This document shows positions 28,571-42,730 of a stretch of DNA of 64,000 nucleotides, one piece after another (the stretch's first letter is position 1; the number at the start of each line of letters is the position of its first letter). This DNA comes from the human T2T-CHM13v2.0 reference genome, Homo sapiens. Made by a program: the position numbers and the translations under genes. The notes under the pieces were generated by a model. The model did no database searches, was not told the origin of the DNA, and saw only the letters and a list, made by a program, of their open reading frames with translations. Location of the stretch: assembly GCF_009914755.1 (NCBI RefSeq), contig NC_060948.1; one strand, 5' to 3'.

Positions 28571-31500
28571 GGCCTGGAATAAAGTGGAATGCTACGGTCT
28601 CGAATGGTATAAAAATGTATGGAATGGAATGCAATGAAACGGAATCGAATGTCATAGAATGTAATGGAATGCAAAAAAATGGAATCCAAAATCATTGACT
28701 GGAAAGGCTGGGTGTCGAAAGGAATTGACTCCAATGGAATGGAATCGAATGGAATGGAAGTGAATAGAATCGAACTAAATCGAATGGAATGGAATTGATA
28801 GGAACGGAATGGAAAGGAATGCAATGATTTGGCATGGAATGCAATCGAATGGCATCGAATGGAATGGAATGGAATGCAATGGAATGGAATGTATTAGAAT
28901 GTAATGAACTTTAATGGAATGTACTCGAATGGATTCGACTGGAATGGAATGTTCTGGAAGTGAATGGACTCCAATGGAATGGATTCCAAAGGAATGGAAT
29001 CGTACGGAATGGAATCTAATGGAATGGAATTAAATGGAAATGAATCAAATTGAATAGCACGGAATTGAATTGAATGGAATGGAATGCAATGGAATCTAAT
29101 GAAACGGAAAGGAAAGGAATGGAATGGAATGGAATGGGCTGGAATGGAAAGGAATCGAAACGAATGGAATGGAATCGAACTGAAGAGACTGGAATGGAAT
29201 GCACTGGAATGGAAGGGAGTGTAATGGAAGGTTCTCGAAAAAAATGCAATCGAATGGAATGGAATTGAATGGAACGGAATAGAGTCGAATGGAATTGAAT
29301 GGAATGGAATGGACTAGAGTGAAATGGAATCGAACCACAAGGAATGGACAGGAATAGAATGGTCTCGAATTGAATGGAATCGTATGGAATGGCATCAAAC
29401 GGAATGGAATGGACAGCCACGGAATGGAATGCACTCGAATGCAATGGAGTCGAAACTAATGGACTGGAATAGAATGGACTCGACTGGTACGGACTCCAAT
29501 GGAATGGAATCGAATGGAAGGGAATCGAACGGAATGGACTCGAAGGGAAAAGACTGCAATGGAAAGGTCTCGAATGGAATGGAAATTAATGGAATGGAAT
29601 GGAATCGAATGAAATGGAGTCAAAAGGAATGGAATCGAATGGCAAGAAATCGAATGTAATGGAATCGCAAGGAATTGATGTGAACGGAACGGAATGGAAT
29701 GGAATCCAAAGGAATGGAATAGAATGGAATGGAATCGAATGGAAAGGACTCGAATGGAAATCACTCGAATAGAATGCAATTTAATAAAATAGGATCAAAT
29801 GTAACGGAATGGAATGGAAAGGAATCGAAACGAAAGGAATGGAGACAGATGGAATGGAATGGAACAGAGAGCAATGGTATAGAATGGAATGGAATCATCT
29901 GGAATGGAATTGAATGGAATGGAATAATATGAAATGGAATGGAATGGAATGGAATGGAATGCCCTTGAATTAAATGGACTGGACTCGAACAGAGTGGAAT
30001 GGAAAGTGTTGAGATAGAATGGAATGGACTCCTTTGGAATGGTGTAGTATGCAATGCAATCGACTGGCAGGGAATCAAAAGGAATGTAATGGAATGGATT
30101 GGACTGGAATGCAATGGACTCGAATAGATTGGAAACGGAATGCAAAGGAATAGAATGGAATAGTATGGAATGGAATGGAAAGGAATGGAGTGGAATAGAC
30201 TAGAGTGGAATGGAATGGACTGGAAAGCAATGGACTGGAATGGAACTTTCTTGAATGGACTGGAATCAAACGGAATGGAATGCAATGCAATCAAATGGCA
30301 TGGAATAACATAGAATGAAAGAGAATCAAATGGAATTGAATCGAATGGAATCGAATGGATTGGAAAGGAATAGAATGGAATGGAATGGAATTGACTCAAA
30401 TGGAATGGACTAGAATGGAATGGATTCGAATGGAAGGCAAAGGAATGGAATCTATTGGAATGGACTGTAATGGAATGGAATGGAAGGGATTGGAATGGAC
30501 TCGAATGGAATGGACTGCAATAGAAAGGACTCGAATGGAATGAAAAATAATTGAATGGAATAGAACAGAATGGAATCAAATCGAATGAAATGGAATGGAA
30601 TAGAAAGGAATGGAATGAAATGGAATGGAAAGGATTCGAATGGAATGCAATCGAATGGAATGGAATCGAACGGAATGGAATAAAATGGAAGAAAACTGGC
30701 AAGAAATGGAATCGAAAGGAATGGAGTGTTATGGAACGGACTCAAAAGGAATTGAATGTAATAGAATGGAGTGGAGTGGACTCGAATATAATGGACTGGA
30801 ATGGAATGAAATCACATGGAATGGGAACGAATGGAATGGAATGGAAAGGAATGGAATCGAATGGAAAGGAATCGAATGGAAGGGAATGAAATTGAATCAA
30901 CAGGAATGGAAGGGAATAGAATAGACGGTAATGGAATGGACTCGAATAGAATGGACACGAATGCTCAAATTGAATGGACTCGAATGGAATGGAAACGAAA
31001 GGAATGTCATCGAATGGAATTGAATCGATTGGAATGAAATGGCATAGAATGGAGTGGAATCAAATGGAATTGAATCGAAAGGAAAGGAAGCGAAGGGACT
31101 GAAATTAAATGGAATGGAATTGAATGGAAAGTAATGCAATGGAATAGAATGGAACGAAATTTCACGGAATGGAATCAAACTGAATGGAATCAAATCAATG
31201 GAATCTAATCAAATGGAATGGAAAGGAATTGAATGGAATAGATTGGATTGGATGGGATTGGAATGAAATGTACTGGAAAGGACTCGAATTTCATGAAACG
31301 GAATGGAATGAATTGGAACGGAGTGGACTCGAATGGAATGGAATGTCATGGAATGGCATCAAATGGAATGGCATCAAATGGAATGGAATCGAATGCAATG
31401 GAATGCTATGGAATGGAATGGAATGCATTGGAATGGAATGTCCTCTAATGGAATGGATTCGAGTGGAATGGAATCGAATATAATGGAGTCGAATGAAATG

Positions 31501-32109
31501 GAATTGAAAGGAATGGGATCGAATACAATGGAATATACTGGAATGTAATGTAATGAACTCGAATGTAATTGACTGGAATGGAATGTACATGAATGGAATG
31601 TAATCGAATGGAAAGTAATCCAATGGAATAGAATCTAATGCAATAAAATCGACTCAGATAGAGTAGAATGTAATGGAATGGAGTGCAGTGCAATGCAATT
31701 GAATGGAATGGAATGCAATGGATTGGAATGGAATGGAATGGAATGGAATGGAATGGAATGGGATGGAATGGTATGGAATGGATAGTAATGGACTGGAGTG
31801 AAATGGACTGGAAAGGAATGGACTCAAATTGAAAGGGCTCGAAAGGAATGGAGTCAAATGGAATGGTCTGGAATGGAATGAACACGAATGTAATGCAATC
31901 CAATAGAATGGAATCGAATGGCATGGAATATAAAGAAATGGAATCGAAGAGAATGGAAACAAATGGAATGGAATTTAATGGAATGGGAACGAATGGAGTG
32001 AAATTGTATGCAGTAGAAGAGAATAGAATGGAATGCAAGCGAAAGGAAAGGAATGGATTGGAATGGAATGGAATTCATTGGAATGGAAGGGAATGTAGTG
32101 TAATGGACA
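28571..32109 (+). repeat. Unit U9, 3539 bp, subtype B
   Basis: B deletion present but reads ggactggactcg (no CCGG, ~29976-29987). ttgactcaaa present. Confidence 0.9.
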
Positions 32110-35100
32110 GGCCTGGAATAAAGTGGAATGCTACGGTCTCGAATGGAATAAAAATGTATGGAATGGAATGCAATGAAACGGAATCGAATGTCATAGAATG
32201 TAATGGAATGCAAAAAAATGGAATCCAAAATCATTGACTGGAAAGGCTGGGTGTCGAAAGGAATTGACTCCAATGGAATGGAATCGAATGGAATGGAAGT
32301 GAATAGAATCGAACTAAATCGAATGGAATGGAATTGATAGGAACGGAATGGAAAGGAATGCAATGATTTGGCATGGAATGGAATCGAATGGCATCGAATG
32401 GAATGGAATGGAATGCAATGGAATGGAATGTATTAGAATGTAATGAACTTTAATGGAATGTACTCGAATGGATTCGACTGGAATGGAATGTTCTGGAAGT
32501 GAATGGACTCCAATGGAATGGATTCCAAAGGAATGGAATCGTACGGAATGGAATCTAATGGAATGGAATTAAATGGAAATGAATCAAATTGAATAGCACG
32601 GAATTGAATTGAATGGAATGGAATGCAATGGAATCTAATGAAACGAAAAGGAAAGGAATGGAATGGAATGGAATGGACTGGAATGGAAAGGAATCGAAAC
32701 GAATGGAATGGAATCGAACTGAAGAGACTGGAATGGAATGCACTGGAATGGAAGGGAGTGTAATGGAAGGTTCTCGAAAAAAATGCAATCGAATGGAATG
32801 GAATTGAATGGAACGGAATAGAGTCGAATGGAATTGAATGGAATGGAATGGACTAGAGTGAAATGGAATCGAACCACAAGGAATGGACAGGAATAGAATG
32901 GTCTCGAATTGAATGGAATCGTATGGAATGGCATCAAACGGAATGGAATGGACAGCCACGGAATGGAATGCACTCGAATGCAATGGAGTCGAAACTAATG
33001 GACTGGAATAGAATGGACTCGACTGGTACGGACTCCAATGGAATGGAATCGAATGGAAGGGAATCGAACGGAATGGACTCGAAGGGAAAAGACTGCAATG
33101 GAAAGGTCTCGAATGGAATGGAAATTAATGGAATGGAATGGAATCGAATGAAATGGAGTCAAAAGGAATGGAATCGAATGGCAAGAAATCGAATGTAATG
33201 GAATCGCAAGGAATTGATGTGAACGGAATGGAATGGAATGGAATCCAAAGGAATGGAATAGAATGGAATGGAATCGAATGGAAAGGACTCGAATGGAAAT
33301 CACTCGAATAGAATGCAATTTAATAAAATAGGATCAAATGTAATGGAATGGAATGGAAAGCAATCGAAACGAAAGGAATGGAGACAGATGGAATGGAATA
33401 GAACAGAGAGCAATGGTATAGAATGGAATGGAATCATCTGGAATGGAATTGAATGGAATGGAATAATATGAAATGGAATGGAATGGAATGGAATGGAATG
33501 CCCTTGAATTAAATGGACTGGAATGGAATGGACTCGAACAGAGTGGAATGGAAAGTGTTGAGATAGAATGGAATGGACTCCTTTGGAATGGTGTAGTATG
33601 CAATACAATCGACTGGCAGGGAATCAAAAGGAATGTAATCGAATGGATTGGACTGGAATGCAATGGACTCGAATAGATTGCAAACGGAATGCAAAGGAAT
33701 GGAATGGAATAGTATGGAATGGAATGGAAAGGAATGGAGTGGAATAGACTAGAGTGGAATGGAATGGACTGGAAAGCAATGGACTGGAATGGAACTTTCT
33801 TGAATGGACTGGAATCAAACGGAATGGAATGCAATGCAATCAAATGGCATGGAATAAAATAGAATGAAAGAGAATCAAATGGAATTGAATCGAATGGAAT
33901 CGAATGGATTGGAAAGAATAGAATGGAATGGAATGGAATGGACTAGAATGGAATGGATTCGAATGGAAGGCAAAGGAATGGAATCTATTGGAATGGACTG
34001 TAATGGAATGGAATGGAAGGGATTGGAATGGACTCGAATGGAATTGACTGCAATAGAAAGGATTCGAATGGAATGAAAAAGAATTGAATGGAATAGAACA
34101 GAATGGAATCAAATCGAATGAAATGGAATGGAATAGAAAGGAATGGAATGAAATGGAATGGAAAGGATTCGAATGGAATGCAATCGAATGGAATGGAATC
34201 GAACGGAATGGAATAAAATGGAAGAAAACTGGCAAGAAATGGAATCGAAATGAATGGAGTGTTATGGAACGGACTCAAAAGGAATTGAATGTAATAGAAT
34301 GGAGTGGAGTGGACTCGAATATAATGGACTGGAATGGAATGAAATCACATGGAATGGGAACGAATGGAATGGAATGGAAAGGAATGGAATCGAATGGAAA
34401 GGAATCGAATGGAAGGGAATGAAATTGAATCAACAGGAATGGAAGGGAATAGAATAGACGGTAATGGAATGGACTCGAATAGAATGGACACGAATGCTCA
34501 AATTGAATGGACTCGAAAGGAATGGAAAGGAAAGGAATGTCATCGAATGGAATTGAATCGATTGGAATGAAATCGCATAGAATGGAGTGGAATCAAATGG
34601 AATTGAATCGAAAGGAAAGGAAGCGAATGGACTGAAATGAAATGGAATGGAATTGAATGGAAAGTAATGCAATGGAATAGAATGGAACGAAATTTCACGG
34701 AACGGAATCAAACTGAATGGAATCAAATCAATGGAATCTAATCAAATGGAATGGAAAGGAATTGAATGGAGTAGATTGGATTGGATGGGATTGGAATGAA
34801 ATGTACTGGAAAGGACTCGAATTTCATGAAACGGAATGGAATGAATTGGAACGGAATGGACTCGAATGGAATGGAATGTCATCGAATGGCATCAAATGGA
34901 ATGACATCAAATGGAATGGAATCGAATGCAATGGAATGCTATGGAATGGAATGGAATGCATTGGAATGGAATGTCCTCTAATGGAATGGATTCGAGTGGA
35001 ATGGAATCGAATATAATGGAGTCGAATGAAATGGAATTGAAAAGAATGGGATCGAATACAATGGAATATACTGGAATGTAATGTAATGAACTCGAATGTA

Positions 35101-35642
35101 ATTGACTGGAATGGAATGTACATGAATGGAATGTAATCGAATGAAAAGTAATCCAATGGAATAGAATGTAATGCAATAAAATCGACTCAGATAGAGTAGA
35201 ATGTAATGGAATGGAGTTCAGTGCAATGGAATGGAATGGAATGGAATGCAATGGAATGGAATGGAATGGAATGGAATGGGATGGAATGGTATGGAATGGA
35301 TAGTAATGGACTGGAGTGAAATGGACTGGAATGGAATGGACTCAAATTGAAAGGGCTCGAAAGGAATGGAGACAAATGGAATGGTCTGGAATGGAATGAA
35401 CACGAATGTAATGCAATCCAACAGAATGGAGTCGAATGGCATGGAATATAAAGAAATGGAATCGAAGAGAATGGAAACAAATGGAATGGAATTGAATGGA
35501 ATGGAATTGAATGGAATGGGAACGAATGGAGTGAAATTGTATGCAGTAGAAGAGAATAGAATGGAATGCAAGCGAAAGGAAAGGAATGGATTGGAATGGA
35601 ATGGAATTCATTGGAATGGAAGGGAATGTAGTGTAATGGACA
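32110..35642 (+). repeat. Unit U10, 3533 bp, subtype A'
   Basis: A indels plus A' alleles (atgacatcaa ~34901, ggagttcag ~35213). Confidence 0.92.
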
Positions 35643-38600
35643 GGCCTGGAATAAAGTGGAATGCTACGGTCTCGAATGGTATAAAAATGTATGGAATGGA
35701 ATGCAATGAAACGGAATCGAATGTCATAGAATGTAATGGAATGCAAAAAAATGGAATCCAAAATCATTGACTGGAAAGGCTGGGTGTCGAAAGGAATTGA
35801 CTCCAATGGAATGGAATCGAATGGAATGGAAGTGAATAGAATCGAACTAAATCGAATGGAATGGAATTGATAGGAACGGAATGGAAAGGAATGCAATGAT
35901 TTGGCATGGAATGCAATCGAATGGCATCGAATGGAATGGAATGGAATGCAATGGAATGGAATGTATTAGAATGTAATGAACTTTAATGGAATGTACTCGA
36001 ATGGATTCGACTGGAATGGAATGTTCTGGAAGTGAATGGACTCCAATGGAATGGATTCCAAAGGAATGGAATCGTACGGAATGGAATCTAATGGAATGGA
36101 ATTAAATGGAAATGAATCAAATTGAATAGCACGGAATTGAATTGAATGGAATGGAATGCAATGGAATCTAATGAAACGGAAAGGAAAGGAATGGAATGGA
36201 ATGGAATGGGCTGGAATGGAAAGGAATCGAAACGAATGGAATGGAATCGAACTGAAGAGACTGGAATGGAATGCACTGGAATGGAAGGGAGTGTAATGGA
36301 AGGTTCTCGAAAAAAATGGAATCGAATGGAATGGAATTGAATGGAACGGAATAGAGTCGAATGGAATTGAATGGAATGGAATGGACTAGAGTGAAATGGA
36401 ATCGAACCACAAGGAATGGACAGGAATAGAATGGTCTCGAATTGAATGGAATCGTATGGAATGGCATCAAACGGAATGGAATGGACAGCCACGGAATGGA
36501 ATGCACTCGAATGCAATGGAGTCGAAACTAATGGACTGGAATAGAATGGACTCGACTGGTACGGACTCCAATGGAATGGAATCGAATGGAAGGGAATCGA
36601 ACGGAATGGACTCGAAGGGAAAAGACTGCAATGGAAAGGTCTCCAATGGAATGGAAATTAATGGAATGGAATGGAATCGAATGAAATGGAGTCAAAAGGA
36701 ATGGAATCGAATGGCAAGAAATCGAATGTAATGGAATCGCAAGGAATGGATGTGAACGGAACGGAATGGAATGGAATCCAAAGGAATGGAATAGAATGGA
36801 ATGGAATCGAATGGAAAGGACTCGAATGGAAATCACTCGAATAGAATGCAATTTAATAAAATAGGATCAAATGTAATGGAATGGAATGGAAAGGAATCGA
36901 AACGAAAGGAATGGAGACAGATGGAATGGAATGGAACAGAGAGCAATGGTATAGAATGGAATGGAATCATCTGGAATGGAATTGAATGGAATGGAATAAT
37001 ATGAAATGGAATGGAATGGAATGGAATGGAATGCCCTTGAATTAAATGGACCGGACTCGAACAGAGTGGAATGGAAAGTGTTGAGATAGAATGGAATGGA
37101 CTCCTTTGGAATGGTGTAGTATGCAATGCAATCGACTGGCAGGGAATCAAAAGGAATGTAATGGAATGGATTGGACTGGAATGCAATGGACTCGAATAGA
37201 TTGGAAACGGAATGCAAAGGAATAGAATGGAATAGTATGGAATGGAATGGAAAGGAATGGAGTGGAATAGACTAGAGTGGAATGGAATGGACTGGAAAGC
37301 AATGGACTGGAATGGAACTTTCTTGAATGGACTGGAATCAAACGGAATGGAATGCAATGCAATCAAATGGCATGGAATAAAATAGAATGAAAGAGAATCA
37401 AATGGAATTGAATCGAATGGAATCGAATGGATTGGAAAGGAATAGAATGGAATGGAATGGAATTGACTCAAATGGAATGGACTAGAATGGAATGGATTCG
37501 AATGGAAGGCAAAGGAATGGAATCTATTGGAATGGACTGTAATGGAATGGAATGGAAGGGATTGGAATGGACTCGAATGGAATGGACTGCAATAGAAAGG
37601 ACTCGAATGGAATGAAAAAGAATTGAATGGAATAGAACAGAATGGAATCAAATCGAATGAAATGGAATGGAATAGAAAGGAATGGAATGAAATGGAATGG
37701 AAAGGATTCGAATGGAATGCAATCGAATGGAATGGAATCGAACGGAATGGAATAAAATGGAAGAAAACTGGCAAGAAATGGAATCGAAAGGAATGGAGTG
37801 TTATGGAACGGACTCAAAAGGAATTGAATGTAATAGAATGGAGTGGAGTGGACTCGAATATAATGGACTGGAATGGAATGAAATCACATGGAATGGGAAC
37901 GAATGGAATGGAATGGAAAGGAATGGAATCGAATGGAAAGGAATCGAATGGAAGGGAATGAAATTGAATCAACAGGAATGGAAGGGAATAGAATAGACGG
38001 TAATGGAATGGACTCGAATAGAATGGACACGAATGCTCAAATTGAATGGACTCGAATGGAATGGAAACGAAAGGAATGTCATCGAATGGAATTGAATCGA
38101 TTGGAATGAAATGGCATAGAATGGAGTGGAATCAAATGGAATTGAATCGAAAGGAAAGGAAGCGAATGGACTGAAATGAAATGGAATGGAATTGAATGGA
38201 AAGTAATGCAATGGAATAGAATGGAACGAAATTTCACGGAATGGAATCAAACTGAATGGAATCAAATCAATGGAATCTAATCAAATGGAATGGAAAGGAA
38301 TTGAATGGAATAGATTGGATTGGATGGGATTGGAATGAAATTTACTGGAAAGGACTCGAATTTCATGAAACGGAATGGAATGAATTGGAACGGAGTGGAC
38401 TCGAATGGAATGGAATGTCATGGAATGGCATCAAATGGAATGGCATCAAATGGAATGGAATCGAATGCAATGGAATGCTATGGAATGGAATGGAATGCAT
38501 TGGAATGGAATGTCCTCTAATGGAATGGAATCAAGTGGAATGGAATCGAATATAATGGAGTCGAATGAAATGGAATTGAAAGGAATGGGATCGAATACAA

Positions 38601-39181
38601 TGGAATATACTGGAATGTAATGTAATGAACTCGAATGTAATTGACTGGAATGGAATGTACATGAATGGAATGTAATCGAATGGAAAGTAATCCAATGGAA
38701 TAGAATCTAATGCAATAAAATCGACTCAGATAGAGTAGAATGTAATGGAATGGAGTGCAGTGCAATGCAATTGAATGGAATGGAATGCAATGGAATGGAA
38801 TGGAATGGAATGGAATGGAATGGAATGGAATGGGATGGAATGGTATGGAATGGATAGTAATGGACTGGAGTGAAATGGACTGGAAAGGAATGGACTCAAA
38901 TTGAAAGGGCTCGAAAGGAATGGAGTCAAATGGAATGGTCTGGAATGGAATGAACACGAATGTAATGCAATCCAATAGAATGGAATCGAATGGCATGGAA
39001 TATAAAGAAATGGAATCGAAGAGAATGGAAACAAATGGAATGGAATTGAATGGAATGGGAACGAATGGAGTGAAATTGTATGCAGTAGAAGAGAATAGAA
39101 TGGAATGCAAGCGAAAGGAAAGGAATGGATTGGAATGGAATGGAATTCATTGGAATGGAAGGGAATGTAGTGTAATGGACA
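35643..39181 (+). repeat. Unit U11, 3539 bp, subtype B
   Basis: CCGG 37051-37054, (GGAAT)8, alleles ggtctccaat and aaggaatggatgtg. Confidence 0.92.
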
Positions 39182-42100
39182 GGCCTGGAATAAAGTGGAA
39201 TGCTACGGTCTCGAATGGTATAAAAATGTATGGAATGGAATGCAATGAAACGGAATCGAATGTCATAGAATGTAATGGAATGCAAAAAAATGGAATCCAA
39301 AATCATTGACTGGAAAGGCTGGGTGTCGAAAGGAATTGACTCCAATGGAATGGAATCGAATGGAATGGAAGTGAATAGAATCGAACTAAATCGAATGGAA
39401 TGGAATTGATAGGAACGGAATGGAAAGGAATGCAATGATTTGGCATGGAATGCAATCGAATGGCATCGAATGGAATGGAATGGAATGCAATGGAATGGAA
39501 TGTATTAGAATGTAATGAACTTTAATGGAATGTACTCGAATGGATTCGACTGGAATGGAATGTTCTGGAAGTGAATGGACTCCAATGGAATGGATTCCAA
39601 AGGAATGGAATCGTACGGAATGGAATCTAATGGAATGGAATTAAATGGAAATGAATCAAATTGAATAGCACGGAATTGAATTGAATGGAATGGAATGCAA
39701 TGGAATCTAATGAAACGGAAAGGAAAGGAATGGAATGGAATGGAATGGGCTGGAATGGAAAGGAATCGAAACGAATGGAATGGAATCGAACTGAAGAGAC
39801 TGGAATGGAATGCACTGGAATGGAAGGGAGTGTAATGGAAGGTTCTCGAAAAAAATGGAATCGAATGGAATGGAATTGAATGGAACGGAATAGAGTCGAA
39901 TGGAATTGAATGGAATGGAATGGACTAGAGTGAAATGGAATCGAACCACAAGGAATGGACAGGAATAGAATGGTCTCGAATTGAATGGAATCGTATGGAA
40001 TGGCATCAAACGGAATGGAATGGACAGCCACGGAATGGAATGCACTCGAATGCAATGGAGTCGAAACTAATGGACTGGAATAGAATGGACTCGACTGGTA
40101 CGGACTCCAATGGAATGGAATCGAATGGAAGGGAATGGAACGGAATGGACTCGAAGGGAAAAGACTGCAATGGAAAGGTCTCCAATGGAATGGAAATTAA
40201 TGGAATGGAATGGAATCGAATGAAATGGAGTCAAAAGGAATGGAATCGAATGGCAAGAAATCGAATGTAATGGAATCGCAAGGAATGGATGTGAACGGAA
40301 CGGAATGGAATGGAATCCAAAGGAATGGAATAGAATGGAATGGAATCGAATGGAAAGGACTCGAATGGAAATCACTCGAATAGAATGCAATTTAATAAAA
40401 TAGGATCAAATGTAATGGAATGGAATGGAAAGGAATCGAAACGAAAGGAATGGAGACAGATGGAATGGAATGGAACAGAGAGCAATGGTATAGAATGGAA
40501 TGGAATCATCTGGAATGGAATTGAATGGAATGGAATAATATGAAATGGAATGGAATGGAATGGAATGGAATGCCCTTGAATTAAATGGACCGGACTCGAA
40601 CAGAGTGGAATGGAAAGTGTTGAGATAGAATGGAATGGACTCCTTTGGAATGGTGTAGTATGCAATGCAATCGACTGGCAGGGAATCAAAAGGAATGTAA
40701 TCGAATGGATTGGACTGGAATGCAATGGACTCGAATAGATTGGAAACGGAATGCAAAGGAATAGAATGGAATAGTATGGAATGGAATGGAAAGGAATGGA
40801 GTGGAATAGACTAGAGTGGAATGGAATGGACTGGAAAGCAATGGACTGGAATGGAACTTTCTTGAATGGACTGGAATCAAACGGAATGGAATGCAATGCA
40901 ATCAAATGGCATGGAATAAAATAGAATGAAAGAGAATCAAATGGAATTGAATCGAATGGAATCGAATGGATTGGAAAGGAATAGAATGGAATGGAATGGA
41001 ATTGACTCAAATGGAATGGACTAGAATGGAATGGATTCGAATGGAAGGCAAAGGAATGGAATCTATTGGAATGGACTGTAATGGAATGGAATGGAAGGGA
41101 TTGGAATGGACTCGAATGGAATGGACTGCAATAGAAAGGACTCGAATGGAATGAAAAAGAATTGAATGGAATAGAACAGATTGGAATCAAATCGAATGAA
41201 ATGGAATGGAATAGAAAGGAATGGAATGAAATGGAATGGAAAGGATTCGAATGGAATGCAATCGAATGGAATGGAATCGAACGGAATGGAATAAAATGGA
41301 AGAAAACTGGCAAGAAATGGAATCGAAAGGAATGGAGTGTTATGGAACGGACTCAAAAGGAATTGAATGTAATAGAATGGAGTGGAGTGGACTCGAATAT
41401 AATGGACTGGAATGGAATGAAATCACATGGAATGGGAACGAATGGAATGGAATGGAAAGGAATGGAATCGAATGGAAAGGAATCGAATGGAAGGGAATGA
41501 AATTGAATCAACAGGAATGGAAGGGAGTAGAATAGACGGTAATGGAATGGACTCGAATAGAATGGACACGAATGCTCAAATTGAATGGACTCGAATGGAA
41601 TGGAAACGAAAGGAATGTCATCGAATGGAATTGAATCGATTGGAATGAAATCACATAGAATGGAGTGGAATCAAATAGAATTGAATCGAAAGGAAAGGAA
41701 GCGAATGGACTGAAATGAAATGGAATGGAATTGAATGGAAATTAATGCAATGGAATAGAATGGAACGAAATTTCACGGAATGGAATCAAACTGAATGGAA
41801 TCAAATCAATGGAATATAATCAAATGGAATGGAAAGGAATTGAATGGAGTAGATTGGATTGGATGGGATTGGAATGAAATGCACTGGAAAGGACTCGAAT
41901 TTCATGAAACGGAATGGAATGAATTGGAACGGAATGGACTCGAATGGAATGGAATGTCACGGAATGGCATCAAATGGAATGGCATCAAATGGAATGGAAT
42001 AGAATGCAATGGAATGCTATGGATTGGAATGGAATGGTTTGGAATGGAATGTCCTCTAATGGAATGGATTCGAGTGGAATGGAATCGAATATAATGGAGT

Positions 42101-42730
42101 CGAATGAAATGGAATTGAAAGGAATGGGATCGAATACCATGTAATATACTGGAATGTAATGTAATGAACTCGAATGTAATTGACTGGAATGGAATGTACA
42201 TGAATGGAATGTAATCGAATGGAAAGTAATCCAATGGAATAGAATCTAATGCAATAAAATCGACTCAAATAGAATAGAATGTAATGGAATGGAGTGCAGT
42301 GCAATGGAATGGAATGGAATGGAATGCAATGGAATGGAATGGAATGGAATGGAATGGAATGGAATGGGATGGAATGGTATGGAATGGATAGTAATGGACT
42401 GGAGTGAAATGGACTGGAAAAGAATGGACTCAAATTGAAAGGGCTCGAAAGGAATGGAGTCAAATGGAATGGTCTGGAATGGAATGAATACGAATGTAAT
42501 GCAATCCAATAGAATGGAATCGAATGGTATGGAATATAAAGAATTGGAATCGAAGAGAATGGAAACAAATGGAATGGAATTGAATGGAATGGAATTGAAT
42601 GGAATGGGAACGAATGGAGTGAAATTGTATGCAGTAGAAGAGAATAGAATGGAATGCAAGCGAAAGGAAAGGAATGGATTGGAATGGAATGGAATTCATT
42701 GGAATGGAAGGGAATGTAGTGTAATGGACA
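39182..42730 (+). repeat. Unit U12, 3549 bp, hybrid of B front and right-domain (C) back
   Basis: CCGG 40590-40593, then new alleles from 41527 (aagggagtag, aatcacatag, gcactggaaa, taccatgtaat). Confidence 0.88.
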
